From Lama glama (Eukaryota), in NCBI GenBank assembly GCA_028534125.1, contig CM052817.1:93312001-93376000 (forward strand): 64,000 nt of DNA. The letters are read 5' to 3'. Under the pieces are notes generated by a model. That model ran no database searches, had not been told where the DNA came from, and saw only the letters and a list, made by a program, of their open reading frames with translations. Numbering within the stretch: position 1 is the first letter of the stretch; each line of letters opens with the position of its first letter. Both the position numbers and the translations under genes were made by a program. This document shows, piece after piece, positions 24,590-39,800 of the stretch.

Positions 24590-26340
24590 TACCAGCGTTT
24601 ATTTCTTACACTTTTCCTTCTATTCTTTTTCGGAGGATGAACTACTTGTTCTCTAATTAAGACCAGCTCCTCTATCTGGACACCAGATCTCACCCCTTCT
24701 CACTACGTAAGAGTTTTACTCAAGCAATTCTCCTCCCTGCCTCCAACATTATTAACACTTCCCTGGTTACCAGATCATTCCCATTAGCATACACACTGAT
24801 CTAATTATCTACCCATCTTTAAAAACCAATCCTTTCTTGACCCTACTTCCCTCTGTAGCTTCCACCCTACTTTTCTGCTTGCTTTCACGATGAAAATCCT
24901 CAGAGTTGTCCCTACGTGCTGTCTCTAGCTCCTCCTCTTCCTGTTCCTCCTACCGCACCCTACTGGGGCTTTAGTCCCTGTCTGCTCTAGTAAAGCTGCT
25001 CTCATCAGTGTCCCCGATGGCTTCCACACGGCTAAGTCCAAAGTCACTTCTCCGTCCTCGTTTCACTTGACCTATCAGCAGCACTGGGCATGCTGATCAC
25101 TCCCTCGTGGAATACTTCCTAACCTTGGATCTCAGGCTGTCGTACGTGGTCACTAGCCATTCCTTACCCAACTCTGATGCCAGTTCCTCCACTTGTTATT
25201 ATCAGGATGTCCCCATTTGTAATCTGTAGATCATTTTCCTTTTCTCTGAAGACTCAGTTCTTTGCTGACATTATTCAGCTTCATGGCTTTAAGTACCATC
25301 TATATGTTGACAATTCCCAAATTTAGATCATTAACCTGAACCTCTTTCTCTCCTGAATTTCAGATTCTTATATCTAACTGCACACTTGACTTGATACTTC
25401 CATGTAAACCTAACATGTTCCAAGTGAGCTCCTCTTCTGGACCACAAAAACTGTTCTAGCTCGAGTCTTCCCCAACCAGTACATGGCCACCTCATCCTTC
25501 CAGCTGCCCGGGTCAAAAACTGTCAAGTCATCCTTGACACCTCCCTTTCTCTCACTCTCCCAGTCAAACCATCAGAAAACTCTGTTGGCACCACTTTCAA
25601 AGTATCAACTTTTCATTGTCTCCACTGACACCTTCTTAGTCCAGGCCACCACCATGTCTCACCTAGAGAATGACACTAGCTTTCTAACTGGTCTACACCT
25701 GCTTCTCCTCCTTCCATCTACAGGCTAATCTCAATATAACAGCCTGAGTGTTAAAATCAAAGTCAAATCAGGGTAATCCACTGCCCATAACCTTACAATT
25801 GCTCCACGATTTTTTCCAAGTAATAGCAAAAGTCAATATAACGACCCCACATGAGTCTTCCCCCAAGTTACCTCTTTAAATGCATCTTCTACTCTCTCTC
25901 CTTCACTTTATTCAAACCAAATCAGCTTCCTTGCTGTTTCCTGATTACAGCAGAATCACTTTTGCATCAAGGCTTCTGCACTAGCTGTTTCTAATGCCCC
26001 ATATAGCCTTACCGCAGGCATCCACATGGCTCAGCAACTTATCTCCTTGTGTCTTTGCTCAAACATCAATTTCTCAATGAAGCCTACACTGACCACACTA
26101 CTAAACTTCAACAATATCCCCAAACACTTTTACTTTGTGCTCTATTTTTCCACAGCATTTATCACCGTTAACATATCATGTAATGCCCTATTTTTGTTAT
26201 TTTTTTATGTCAAGAGACATAAAAAGAATATAAACTTTAGGATGTCAGGTGTTTTGTCTGTTTCATTCATTGTTGTACCCCCGGGTCTGGAATACTGCCT
26301 GGCACATAGTAGATGATCAACTAAAATATGCTGAATGACT
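24590..26340 (+). mobile_element. L2 LINE remnant (L2a-like)
   Basis: Long L2-like body with the classic 3' end tgcctggcacatagtagatg...tgctgaatga. Confidence 0.75.
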
Positions 26341-28489
26341 TAAAAGAAAAAAATTAAATCAATTTAAAAATAATGCGACATCCTTATCATTATAAAACTT
26401 AAGAGCTGGAAGAGATCTTACAAATTTGCAGATGATCTTTATTTTACCAACAAAGGAAGTGAGGTCCAGAGAATTTAAGTGATCTGCCAAAGGCCATGTA
26501 GCTAAATAAGTGGACTTGCCAATTACCCTGGCTCTGAGTCACATGTTATTTTGTTACATCATAATTCACTGCACAATTTTTTAGGGAAACATTAGTTTCT
26601 GATAAGGCTAAATGTTCAAAAATGTTATAATGTTATCATTATTATTAGAACTCTAAGTTTATAATAAAAATATCTGTTATCTTTTATTTTTTTACCAAGT
26701 TCTTCTTTAACCTGTAAGTGTACTTTAAAAGTTGTTTCCCCTGTTGACCTAACCTGAGTTTAAAAGAGCCTCATTCATTGGTGTTTCTTTCCCAATGAAA
26801 TTCTAAACATTCATCTGTAGAAATTCATGGACTCCTACAGGGCTATACAAGCCCTTTGATGAAAATAATGCTTTGTGCTTGCATCTTTGCACTTTAAAAA
26901 ATAAAACAGACTCGCTACATATTATAAAACCACTGAAATGACTGTCCAATGTTAAGAGCAAGTTCTGCGGATATAATGATTATCAGGCATGTATGCATAA
27001 AAATGCACATATGTTGAAGATAGTCACTTGATAATATCAAGAAAGCCTGATGAAGCATTTCTTGTCGTGTAGCAGTTGTAGATCAAAGTGACTAGGCCTT
27101 TACTCCACAATATTGGCCCTGACTACTTGCCAAGAATTATGTCAGGGATTCTGGAGATTCAAGAGCAAATGAAAAATACTTGGCCTATCTTCTCACAGAG
27201 CCAAGTCCAGTAGGGGAGATCACAATTTCAAACAGCATTTCCAATACATTAGAGATACAGAGGCTGCAAACTCCTGGCCCACAAACAGCATCCTTTGGCC
27301 TGCAAATATATTTTATTTGGCCTTCCACACATTGTAATAATTTAAAAAAAATCAATGGTCAACATTTTAAAAATTGAGATTTTTTTTATATAAAATTCAG
27401 ATTCACTTGAAAAAAGTAGAAGCTACGGTAACTTTAGGTCCAGAGTTCCCTATAGACATGACTAATAGAGCTGAGTGGTGGCCCTCTTTTGAAGGGATAT
27501 ACTTTCTAGATTGCCCCAGCGTCCATGCAATTTCACCCGACTCAGTCATGTTACCTGGCATGATGTCTGTGGGCTCTGTACTTGCAACCCTTGCAGAGCA
27601 TCATTACCTAATTTGTAGAATCCAATGAAAAATAAAAATATAAGAATTCTGTTTAAAAAGCCAGAAACAAGCTTTGTCTTTCTTCCACAGAGTTAATCTC
27701 TCTTAACCTATCATGGTGATTTCTATTTACTCTTTCATGTCATAGTCCGTGGGACGTGTGCATGCAGAGAGCTTCAGAGGCAACCAGCCTGAGCCCGGCT
27801 CTCCAGCACTCACGCCCAGGCCCCCTGGTACATGAGAGTGGGAAGGGGAGGTGGTCTTGGGCCAGCACAAGGATGGGGATGCTGGGCAGGCATTGTGGAA
27901 CTTGGGAGGCAGAACTGCAGATGAACCAAGTCTCCAAGTTCCAGGCTCAGACTTCTTTGCCCTGTTGGACTTTACCTACAACAAAAGGCAGGTGGTGACT
28001 GTAGAGCATTAAACCCAGAGCACAGGGCCCTGCAGAGTGAGGAACTCTGTGCACCTGCACGGGTCCCATGTTCATAAAGTCAGCTCTGCTGTGAAGGATC
28101 AGAGAAGGTGCCCCAGCGGATGTGAAGTCTGAGCCTGTGGAAGGAAGGTAGAGACGGGCAGACCTTTGAAAGCCCTGCATCGGTAAGTATGAGGGGGAGC
28201 TCTCAAAAGAATCCAGTGTGGCTGCTTCAGGAAGGATGAATCAGGGGGAGCTGGGAGATGGCAAAGCACCCTGAAGAGGCAGGTGGGGGTCTGGGAACTT
28301 AGGGCCTTATAAGACAAGGAGAAAACTTTGTAACAAACAAGTGAAGCATTAGCTGTGACTATCTGAAAGGCAGTTCATTAAGATATTAAGAGCAAACATA
28401 AAGGCAAGTAAATCCATGTGCAAAACCGCTCTCAAAATAAAAGCATTCCTTTTCCAAAAGTTATTCTGAAGACCCAGTTCTTTTTGACA

Positions 28490-28710
28490 GATTGAATCAG
28501 AATCACTCTGCCTGGATTTGAATCCTTGCTCAGATGCCCAGCAGCTCTGGGGTCTGAGAAGCAGTGCTTAACTTCCTCACCTAGAACACGGGGAGAGAAA
28601 CAGAAGCTCCCTTACAAGCTGACTGTGAGGAGGAGGGGAGGGCGGAGACAAATCTTAGCAAAGTGCTTGCCACTCAGAGTGAGTGCAGTCAGTGTTAACT
28701 ATTAATGCGA
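28490..28710 (+). mobile_element. MIR SINE remnant
   Basis: ctgcctggatttgaatcct...cttaacttc...cttagcaaagtgcttg, a degraded MIR core. Confidence 0.5.
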
Positions 28711-31700
28711 CTATTTCCTCTCTTTTGATACCCTTGTTTGGTATCCAAGTTGCATTTCAGCTTCATCCCTTGGTGCTTCCTACTCCTCAGCTGAAGGCCA
28801 TCTCCATGCCCCAGGGCTCTGCATTAGACACTCTGCTTATCTTCTCCTGATCTTTCTCTTTTCATTTTATCCCATTTAATCTATCTACTTGCTGATGAGT
28901 CCCAGATATATACTTCCTCTTCTACCATCTCTGTCTTGTAGAGGCTATTCTTTGGGAAAAAAATCTCTGTGTATCTCCTTTCAAGGACAACTTGCTCACC
29001 CACCAGGCTGCAAGAATAGGGCAATGACTGGATATGTTTCTAGATATAGTGCCTGGGACAGGGTAGATGCTCAAAAAATATCTATCAACTGAATGAAAGG
29101 CTCTTCCTCTTTGTTTTCCATCTAACACATATTTAGTGCATCTCTTCCATAAGGCTTAATGCCATGAATTCTTACATATATTTAATTGTGTCAATTAATT
29201 AACTGATCTAGTCATTAATAATTTCAAGTGTATTCGGTAGATAGCTACTCTGGCCAACCAAACATAAAAGATGGGGAAAAGATTTGCTAAAAAATGTGAT
29301 TTGCTAAAACCTTGGATTTGCCTCTATTTGGAGAATAAAGTAAATTTTTCAGATGACTAATCTTGGGCATAGCAAATCATGGGTAATGGGTGATAAATTA
29401 CTGATAAATTCGTGGTAGTTACTAGACAATTGTGTTAGCTGGAGGCAGCCAGAGATAAAATAAAAGATGTAGCGGGGAAAAAGGAAATTCTCAGATCCCC
29501 AAAGGAATGTGCCTGCAAGTTAAAAGAAAGCTAGGAATTGGGAAAGAACGTGAGTATCAAGGAACATGAAACTCTAGCCAGTGGCCGGGGAACTAATTTT
29601 GCGATCTGCATGTATGAGGAAGCCAAGCTGACCTGAAGCCAGACTGGGCTCATTAGGGAAAATTATGTCACAGGAACTTCATCCTTTTTGACAGGGTTTA
29701 CGGCTGGGTAGATTAGAAAAAAATAACCAATGAAATATGGTATCTGGCCTTTCACAGGGCATTTCATGACACCCTTGTGAAAGAGAGAAATACAGGAGAT
29801 GCAGTAACGTGAATGGGTCCACATGCAGCCAGTTGAACACGCATCCCCAAAGGGTAGTGATTAACAAGTGTATTTCAATGCACACAGTTCTTTATAGTAA
29901 TGTGCCTCAAGGACCTACATTTCTCTCTGCTTCTCCATCATTTTTATCTATTATTCCTGTGAGTGGACAGGAAATGCTGATAAGAATTGAATAAAATAAA
30001 CCTCAGCAGGGCGGTCAATTTGATGGATGAAAGAAACAGGGATTTATCAGAGTGTACTCAAAAGTGTATTATGGTGCAGTCACGGGTATAGACATCAATC
30101 CCTTTGGTAGAACTGAGATAGACCATGTCTTAATCTCCTTATGCCCCTCATATTTCACAATGTCTAGCACATAGTGGTGCTTAAACATTACTTGAATCTT
30201 GAGAAGCCTGAAGGATAGGGCAAATTTAGCAAGGTTTACGGATTTCAATAGAGTTATTAGTAAAATGCGGCTGTCAAAAGAGCTAATGTAAACTTAGACA
30301 TCATTAATAAAATAGCATCTAAAAGTGGAGAGATGGTCCTCCTGTGTTACTCTGCACTGGACGCTGTATCATTGGAAAATGACCCTCAAAGTGGCAATTC
30401 AAAAGGGACACGACGGCTGCTTTCAGATACATTAGAAAATTGTGTGAAAAAGGAAACTGAATTTGTTCTGTTTGTTGCAAAGGATTAGATCTGGTCTAGT
30501 GGGTAAAACGAAAGAAAAGATATTTAGATCGACATCTGGAGTATGTCACACTAGAAAATAAAAATGGGTTTTCTACCAGTGGAGGTGAGTATCATACGCT
30601 AGGTGAAAATTGGCAGAGATATTGCAGGCAAACTTCTTAACATAATTTAGGAGGTTTAATTACATAATCCTTAAGTGCACATCAAAAATCTAAGATTCTA
30701 AATTCACTGGTTTTATCCCCAAGTCCTCAATTTATTATGAAATTGAAGGCATGTGGTACGACTCGTCCAGTAGATGCTTATAAATATGCCTAAGTGTACA
30801 AAGTAAAGGATAATTCTTTTCATTAAAAAAGTATATAAATGTACACAGGTCATAGAAGTTTGGAACAGTTATCCTATTATTTGTGTTCAGAGCAGTAAAG
30901 AAAGTTATACTTCTCTTAGCACTATTTGTAGCAATCCCAGAAAGGAATTTATGACGTGAGGAAGGGATATAAAATCCTGGTTGTAAAACAAACAAAAAAT
31001 CTTCAAAACTACAGGTTTAAAACATTATTAAGTTGATACACTGTAGAAAGAAAAATCTGCAACTTGAAGAGAAAAATATCTGCAGGTTATAGAGGAACAT
31101 AAAAAAATGAATAAACGTAGCAACAATTCACAAGACCATCTGTTTAACCAACTAAGAAACACAAATTATGGCTAAAAAGTAAACAAAATACGAAGAAAGA
31201 AAAACTGTCGTATGGTTAACTATGAGATTTCAGAATGTATCTCAGTGTAAAACACAATAGTCAAAAGTACATGAACAAAATTTGATTCAATTGATTAATC
31301 GATCAGATATTGATTATTTTATTAGCTAAAACTGATTAAATTGATTAAAAATATTTGCAGAACTTAATTAAAAGGAAAAAACTAATCAAACGCGAGGAAA
31401 CTATTCACTAATAAACGATGTGGCCACAAACGCCTATTAATATTTAACACATCATACACAGCAATAAACTAGATGACTCAAATCACTCACTGAATCAATT
31501 TATTAATTAACTGTAAAAAGAAAAGAATGTAATGACTTTTCCACCGGAGCTGTGGGCTGGAGATACATTTGGTACTACTGAAGACATGAATTTTATTATC
31601 AAACATAGTTTTTTGAAATATAGTGTTGTTATAGAATATCAAGCCACAAGTAATCAGAAATGACAATATGATATTTTCTTCATCCAAGATGGCATGAAAT

Positions 31701-31744
31701 CAGTGAAAATATTTAAGGCTGGGAAGTTAAAAAAGTGCATGTAG

Positions 31745-32210
31745 GTATTGCTGGTGAGAGTACCTACTACTCTAAAGAAACATCCAAATGTTCCTACCTA
31801 CCCAAATGTCGGTTTCTAAATGCTATTTTCCAAGAAAAGAAACCAGGGTTCCTTGGCAAATAGCTGAACTGAGAGCTGTGGCAGGGAAAATACAGATGAG
31901 TCTAGAGTAAGTCCCTCATGGTAACAGAGAATAAGGGAGTGAATGAAAAAGTAAGTAAGTGGAAGAGTTAATTGCCTGTGCAGGGGATGCTAGCAAAAGG
32001 CCACTGAAAGAGCTCCCCACCTAACTTGCACACAACCGAGCTAACTCTAGAATACTCTGAGCCTAAAATAAATAATAGTATTGATTTATAAACCAAAAGA
32101 ATAAAATAAGCATTCACAAGCCTGCACTGATGTAAACAAGTGATTGTATAAGTAAATATCTGGGACAGAAGGAGTAACTCTTCCTTATAAAATAATTCCA
32201 CTTGTAGCAA
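31745..32210 (+). mobile_element. L1MC/L1MD-like 3'UTR fragment
   Basis: ggtttctaaatgctattttccaagaaaagaaaccagggttccttggcaaatagctga...gggaaaatacagatgag. Confidence 0.5.
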
Positions 32211-35011
32211 TTTAACTTACGGGAACATTTCTGAGATGTACTTAAAGATTTAAATATTCAAACACGCTTACATGTTAATTGCAGCATTACTATAATAAGT
32301 AAATATCTATAATAGTGAAGAATTAGTTTACAGTCATTATAATCTCATTTCCAGAGGAAGTATATCAGGAAATATCCATAATATAATGATATCACAGGCT
32401 ATCAAGAGGTACATCTGTATTTATAGTGTGTAGTCCAGTTTGGTTACAGTGTGTGTGTGCATGCGTGTGTGTGTTTGTGTGGAAACATAGGATATGTTCA
32501 AAATGATTGAAAGAAAACGAAAATCGTGTGTGATCCTATTTATTTTTCTTCTCAAATTTTTAAAACGATTTTTTTCTAACAAAATTTTAAAATACAGGTA
32601 AATTGAGGCACACATCACTAATGAATGCATATCTCAAATATTTTGATCTGAAACAGTTTGAGGGCAAGTATAGGTAAACACATGACGTTTGATTTTTTTG
32701 CATCATATTAGTTCTAAAAGCCACTGTTAATCTCTCTGCTGCATTGTTTCATGTGACAAAATTCAGGGTAGAAACTGAAAGTGCTTCTTCCCTAACTTAA
32801 GAGGAAGATTAAGTTTTATTAAATAATTGATTGAGCTAATCAATTCCACTCTATGCAGTAACATCCATAATATATTTTAATATACTTGAGCACAGATTTC
32901 ACTTGTAAGACATCTATTTCGTCTGTGAAGCATCCTCTTTTATGCACCAATATCCTTGCTGAAATATGCATTCGATATACAACTGTCTAACACATAAAAT
33001 GTTAGCAGAAGTTTTAACTTTAAAATTCTTTGACAATACTATATTAAATAATTTCCAGACCACAGTATATATTTTATTTTATACATTTAAATAGTATCCT
33101 ATCTCCTAAAAATGTTTATAACACAAAAATGAATGAATAAAATAAACACAGATAATAAAACAGAAATAATAAAATCAACTGGAGGGCACTGTGTTGTAAT
33201 TTGACCCTAACCATCCATGAAACCAATCTAGTTGTGAAGTCTACGTTGGCAGCAACTTCCGTCTGGTTTTAGACTATATCCAAACAATGTTCTACATTCA
33301 AATAAAAGTGATTCATCTAATCTTACAGATGATTTATCTTCTAAATATTTTTACTTTCTAAATTGAAACTTTGATTGCACAGATAGTGTTCTGAAAAAAT
33401 GCAAAATATGAAAAAAATGCATAATTTCAGATATTCTGGAACTTTGTTCTCATCAGTGAATAGTTTCCAGGAACATCAGAACAGAAAAAAATGTGGCAGG
33501 GTTCAGAATCTCTTAATCCTTTCATTTTATTTCTGTTAAAAAGTATTATGCCTGAAAACCCATCAATGGACAGAACAAGTCACTAATACGGATTCTGCTT
33601 CTTTACCTCATTTTCTAGACCACAGCATAGGGTCTGGCTCTTAGCTGATAGTCAATAAATATTCAATTAAAGAAAACTGAAGTGGACTATTTCTTTATGA
33701 CATAAGTTATGACAGGCTTTCATTTTGATTTATGTAAAGTTATGGAACTGGACTAGCTTCATTAATAAATCTGATATTATTAGAAAAGACAATCCCCATA
33801 GGCAGTTAGATCAAGTAGAACATAAAGAACATTAGTGTAAATTTCCACCTATGTGAATGTACCATAGAGGATGAAGACCCTCTCCAGTAAGAAAACTTCA
33901 GAAAGCCATCGTTTACAAATGTGATTTAGAAGTGGTTCTACTGTTAATCAAGTGATGAAAGATTGATGTTTCACATAATTAAACTCCTGATGAAAACGTG
34001 CGTAATGAAAAATCAGGAAAACAAATTGAGAAAACAAATTTAATTTTATAAGCAGCCATATTTTCTTATGACTTACTTTCTTAAAGGAAAAGGAAACGCT
34101 GATTTTAGAAGACGAGGTTAGAGCAACACTCTTTTTCTTTCCAAACCCCTGAGATACCCATAAAGAGGGCTGAGATAACTCTCATAGCAGGTCTTACTAC
34201 CAGAAGGAAATGCAGAAATCTGTCTTAGTTCTTGTTGTCAAAATTAATCAAATTAACCCCCCCAAAAAAAGAAAGAAAAGAAAAAAAGCCATTTATAGGG
34301 ACACAACTGTGATGAAAATTGTGATGATCATATTTGCTAGTCAACCTTGTAATAAGTCATATATTTGAAAGTGTCTACATATGTGCCTACCTATAATGAC
34401 ATAGACACCCACATGTACATGCATGTGTGTGTGTGTGTGTCCATACATGTGTCTATGAAGGTCTAGACTTTGTGAAAATATGAAAATATACCTTTGGAAT
34501 AATGCACACATGTTCTTCTTATATGATATTAAAACTTCCTATACATTTTTTAAATAATTCACAACATTATTCCTTAGAATGAGGCAAAAAGCATTTTATC
34601 TTAGTGCCTTCTTTTTAGGAACCATTTTGAGATATTGCAACACAATATCCCTCAGAGTTTCTAAGGGTTTTAAGAGCAGATGCTTGTTTTTCTTCCTAAT
34701 ACACTTTTGGAGGAATGTGTAAAAAGTAGATTAAACTATGTCAGACTCTTTAAAAGAAAACACTGTTCTCCTTTCAAGAAGGTTTTTAATGTAGCAAAAA
34801 AAAAAAAAAAAGAGCATTGCAAGCAGTTCTGAAAACACAACCAAGATGCATTTGATAAATAGCCTTCCATCACCCCAGCCAGCAGTGGAAAGTATGCTAT
34901 CAGCACTTTCATCGAAGGCACTAGTGACTCCTCTTTTTCTACCTCATTTTATCTTGGCTTTCTCATTTTGTTTACTCAGTCAGTGATTGGAAAAAAAAAA
35001 TGATTCCTTAC

Positions 35012-35171
35012 CCTTTGGATGAGTTATGATGGAGTCCACTAAAGAAGGATCCTTTTCTCCATCTTGGCCGCCGCCGCTGCTACCTTCACTATCGGCATCT
35101 CTTTCGATCAGTTTATCTACCATGGCAATGATGCAGTTCAGGCTCTTTCCCACGTTGGCCCACACCCTGTC
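35012..35171 (-). CDS. INPP4B: INPP4B internal exon (160 nt): [53 protein letters not shown]
   Basis: Acceptor ctcttttcag|GAC, donor AGG|gtaagg; phase 0/1. Overlaps ORF 34980..35165. Confidence 0.95.
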
Positions 35172-35569
35172 CTGAAAAGAGCATGAGTATCACTACACGG
35201 TTGTATGATAAAAACAAGAAAAGGCAAAATCAGATAAACCCATTTGAAAGAAGCAGGTAGAGGAGCAAACCTAAGAATGCAGCCTGAGTAACTCTTACGC
35301 CCCCATTAACTTGGCCAAATTATGGACACACAAGAAGCCCATTTCCTCTTAGTAAAGCATAGGTTAAGTGTTACAAATCTTTTTATTTAGTCCATTATTT
35401 TTCCTCTGTCAGAAACCAACGATGAACCACCACACAGCACTAATCATAATCGAGCACAAATTGTGACATTTTGCACTGGGGACATCTATTTTCCTCATCA
35501 ATACTTAATAAGAAAGCAAGGATACACCAATGCTTTTAGAGAATGGCCACCATTCGCATTCAAACTTCT

Positions 35570-35822
35570 TTTTCTTTTTATTGTGATAATACATACATAA
35601 CGTAAAGCTGACCATTTTCACCACTTTTAAGCGTACAGTCCAGCGGCATTAAGTACATTGCCACTGTTGTGCAGCCATCACTAACATCCACCTCCAAGAT
35701 TGTTCATCTTCCCAGACTGAAACTTTATACGCTTGAAAGAGGAACTCCCCATTCTTCCTTCTCTTAGTGCCTAGCAACCATCATTCAACTTTCTGACTCT
35801 ATGAATTTGACTGCTCCAGGTA
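35570..35822 (-). mobile_element. L1 (L1MB-like) 3' end fragment
   Basis: T-rich tail followed by ttttaagcgtacagtccagcggcattaagtacatt...ttgtgcagccatcact. Confidence 0.75.
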
Positions 35823-36277
35823 TTAGAAGTTCTTTCAATGTGGACTTCGTATCACGTCTAACAGAATGACCCAGAGAATTAAAATGCAGATCTCTGGGTG
35901 GCACCAAGTTAACCAGAACCATTGGGAACTCCACGCTGAAGTTCTGGCAGGCTTCTCAGGTGCTTCTGACCACACTAAGCCTGAGAACGTCTACTCAACA
36001 TTATGTGCTTCGTCTACACTAAGAAACCACTTTGGCTGATTTAAGCCTGAGAAGCAGCCCTACCACTAGGCTCCTCTCTGTCACTAATGTTCCTGGTTCT
36101 GATTAGCATCCATTTTTGTTAAGGGCAATATGTAACACTGAATTGGTTGATTCATAAAGTTCCTATCTTTTTAAATAAACATTTTAACTCAGGTATCATC
36201 ACGGTGGCCTGTCACGCCTGCCTTCCCTTCTTGTTTCTCTTCCCCCGTCGTTTGGATGGAGGCATTGACGCTTCATC

Positions 36278-36830
36278 TGTGAGGCTTATTTTATGGCTCA
36301 ACTTGATGGGGTCACAGGGTGCCCAGATGTTTGGCCAAACATTATTTTTTATGTGTGTGTCTATGAGAGCATTTCTAGATAAAACTATCATTTGAATTGG
36401 TGGATTCAATAAAGCAGTTTGTCCCCCACCCCACAAACGAGGGTGAACATCATCTAATCCGTTGAGAGCCTGCATAGAACAAAAAGGTAGAGGAAGGAGA
36501 AATTTGACCCTTTCTGCTTGATTGCTTGAGGTAAGACATCAACCCTCCCCTGCCCTCAGTGCTCCTGATTCTCAGGCTTTTAGAGCCGGACTGGAATCTA
36601 CACCATTGGCTCTCTTGGTTCTCAGGACCTCAGATCCACACTGAACAACACCTTCAGCTTTCCTGGGTCTCCAGTTTGCAGACGGCAGATCATGCCACTT
36701 CTCAGTCTCCAAAATGGTGTGACTTAATTCTTTATAATAAATCTCTTCATATATATGTGTGTGTGTACACATATTTATAATAAACAATCTCCTATTGGCT
36801 CTACTTTTCTGGAGAACCGTCTCCAATATG
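36278..36830 (+). mobile_element. MLT2 (ERVL) solo LTR
   Basis: Starts tgtgagg...tcaacttgatggggtcacagggtgcccagatgtttggccaaacattatt and ends tcctattggctct...tctggagaacc. Confidence 0.8.
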
Positions 36831-39800
36831 CCACTGCATATGAACCAAATGGATTTTCAGTGCTTTTCTTGCATCTTGCCACAAAGAAATCTTGCAGTAT
36901 GTGCTTTCTCTGTAATAGAGCTATTTCAGGCTCCTGGAATAGCATGTAGTACAAAGACAATATGCAATTATACTACTTTCTTAGTGGTTTATATATTTTT
37001 TTACCCAAATATTTTTTTTTTACCTAAGTTAATTTTGTTAGTTTATAAACATATAAACTAATTTTGGGTAGGAAGAAAGAACTGTATTTGAATTTAGATT
37101 ATTTGATGGTTGTCTTGTAAAGACTAAGTTGCCTGAATAATTCAACCACATTAACACAAATCTGGGAGCGTGCAGACACGCATAATAGCTGAGCGGGAAA
37201 TAGGGTTTAGTAGAAAAATAGCGCATTCAAAGTTACAAAAGGTTAAATTTGAGGTCTGCCTATGTGACACACGACCTATGATACCTTGGGAAAAACACTT
37301 CATTTCTGGTAACCCACAGCTGGTTCATCTACAGTTTAGAATGATAATTCTTTGCCTTACCTACCTCACCATGCTTCAGTGGGAGTGAAATAACATGGTT
37401 TCTATAAAAGTGCTTAGTAAAATTATTACAATTTGGCAAAATCACATCCTTTCCTTTCTGGCTTTCCTAAATGAATTAAATTTGCTTTCCATCACCTTGT
37501 AATCTCGGGTGTAAATTAATCACAAATAACCCTAACAATTTTTCCCCTAAAAGCAGATCTCCTCCCTCCCCCAAGGGATTGCAAGCACTTTCCTTCTGCT
37601 TTTAGTTAACAGCAATCATATCCATAGATTAAATCATCTTCTGCCCGTTGTCTGAGAAGATGAGCTGGAGACACCTCTGAGCCATGAACCGTGAGACCTA
37701 AAAAGCTCACCTCTCGGAGGAGGAAAGGCTGAAGAAAAGTAAGCAAGCTGAGGTCCCGACATCATTCAAATTGGAATTTGCTGAGAAGCTTATATTCCAG
37801 AACATAATATCAAACGGAACGGCCCCCATTCTGAATATGTCTTAATCGCCATCACCAACTGCACCTCTCAGGCTACTAAACTGAAAAATAAAGCAACTTT
37901 CCAGCTAATACGGGGAATAAACTCTGCTATTGAGGGGAAAAGGGGAAGAGAATTGCTCTTAATTTTCCAGATTAACCTTGTACATGAACTACATTTTCAA
38001 CCCTCTTCCTGTTGCCCATATTAAGAAGAATTTTATATTTTGACAAAAGATATGTAGAATTGCAGGCTGTCTTTCTTATGTAAAGGCATGTAAGGGATGG
38101 ATCAACTGCTCTTAATCACATCTTTGAAGAGTTTGAACAGAAGGGTATATAAAAGGATGGTTTTATGTTCTACACCTATACACTGTTCTTCTTCCTTCAC
38201 AGATATCTCGGGTAGCAGGATTCCACTGGGATAAAAAGTAACCTTTGCCATCAGTAGAGAGATCTTACTTGGCTTGAGGAGCAAAGCTGAGTGTGTTCAA
38301 TGACCAAGATCAACAACCACATAGTGATGGATTATGTGGTAAACAGTCGAAAAACATTTAAGTCATTAAAACGCTTGGAGGACACACAAACTGGGAGCAC
38401 GTTGTTGGCGGTGAGTTTCTTATGCAATACTAATACATGACTCATGCATAATTGAATACTTTATCAAAGGCACACTCAGCAGCAGACCCCCAGCAGACTC
38501 AATCTGGTCTTGAGCTTCTGGGGAGGAGACCCTGCCTCACCGATGATGAAACAACACTGACACTCCTTCCTTCCTTCTCTTTTACAGCATCGACAAAGTA
38601 GATTAAAGTTACTGATTAACATTTCTGACTCTAATACTAGACTATGAGTTATTTGAGGGCTGTATCCTCACTGCACAGCGTGGGGCCTGGAAGAAAGGCA
38701 GAGAGGGGTGGGCAAAGGAGGGAGGGGGAGAGAGAGGTCTCCAACCCAGAGACAGACTGAGGGTTGCTGTTCATGTTCACCTAGTATATGAACATTAGCT
38801 AATTTAACCTTCAAAAACCAACCCATTAGGTCCATAGTATTAACTCCATCTTTAATGAGGAGAATTCAGCTAAGAGATATTGACTGATATTCAACATTAA
38901 AATGGTATAACTAGACTAGAAATTTCCATTTGATTCCAAAGACTTGATTCTTCCCCTATGATTTCTCACAAGTTCTGGTATGCACAGTAGGGATTTCTCT
39001 TCATGAGACTACCAGAACTTTGGGGACAAGCTAGACAGAGGAATGTGGGGAGGGGCAGCCCAGGAGGGCCTGGGGTAGGTGTGTGTTACCTCACAGGAGC
39101 AAGGTTAGGTGTTAGCTATCTGAGACTTAGGAATGAGCCCAGTGGCAGGTCCCGGACTAAGAGATGACTCTATGAAAAGGACAGGCTGGTCCTGTGTACC
39201 CTCAAGTCTAAAATTGACAGTGTCATAGAATAAGGATGGAACAATCACTCGGCTAAAGGGTCAATCAGCTTGGGTCAAAGGACATAAGTGGCCAATATTA
39301 ACAGAGGACAGTGTCAGCATCAAGGCCCCAAATCCATTCCTGTGACTGGCATATAAAACAGGGGGTGAGTTTCAGGGAAGAAAGGTGATCATTCAACAGC
39401 TAGGAGATAATTATGAATTATTATTAATTCCTAGCCAAGATAATTATGTTGGTGCTAGGAGGCTAAAATTGGGTAGGCCAAGATTCTTGAAGATATAGGT
39501 TGAATATCTGATTTCTCTCTAAAGCAAGCCACTTTCCATAATATCTCTGTGAAAATGTACACACAGAGGAAAATAATCAACAAAAATCTATTCTTAATTC
39601 CAATGATTTTTATTCACAAGGAAGATTCATTTTGTTTGATTGCTGGTATGGTGGGGCGCACTCCACTTTCTTCCTTACTAAAATCCCACAATCTGTTTCA
39701 GACAGAATATGAAGAGGAAATGCTGCTTAGGGAGGAGATGACAACGGCATGGATGCGCAAGAATGTAGCTACAGTACCTGGTGCTTCCAGCCCCCTAAAC

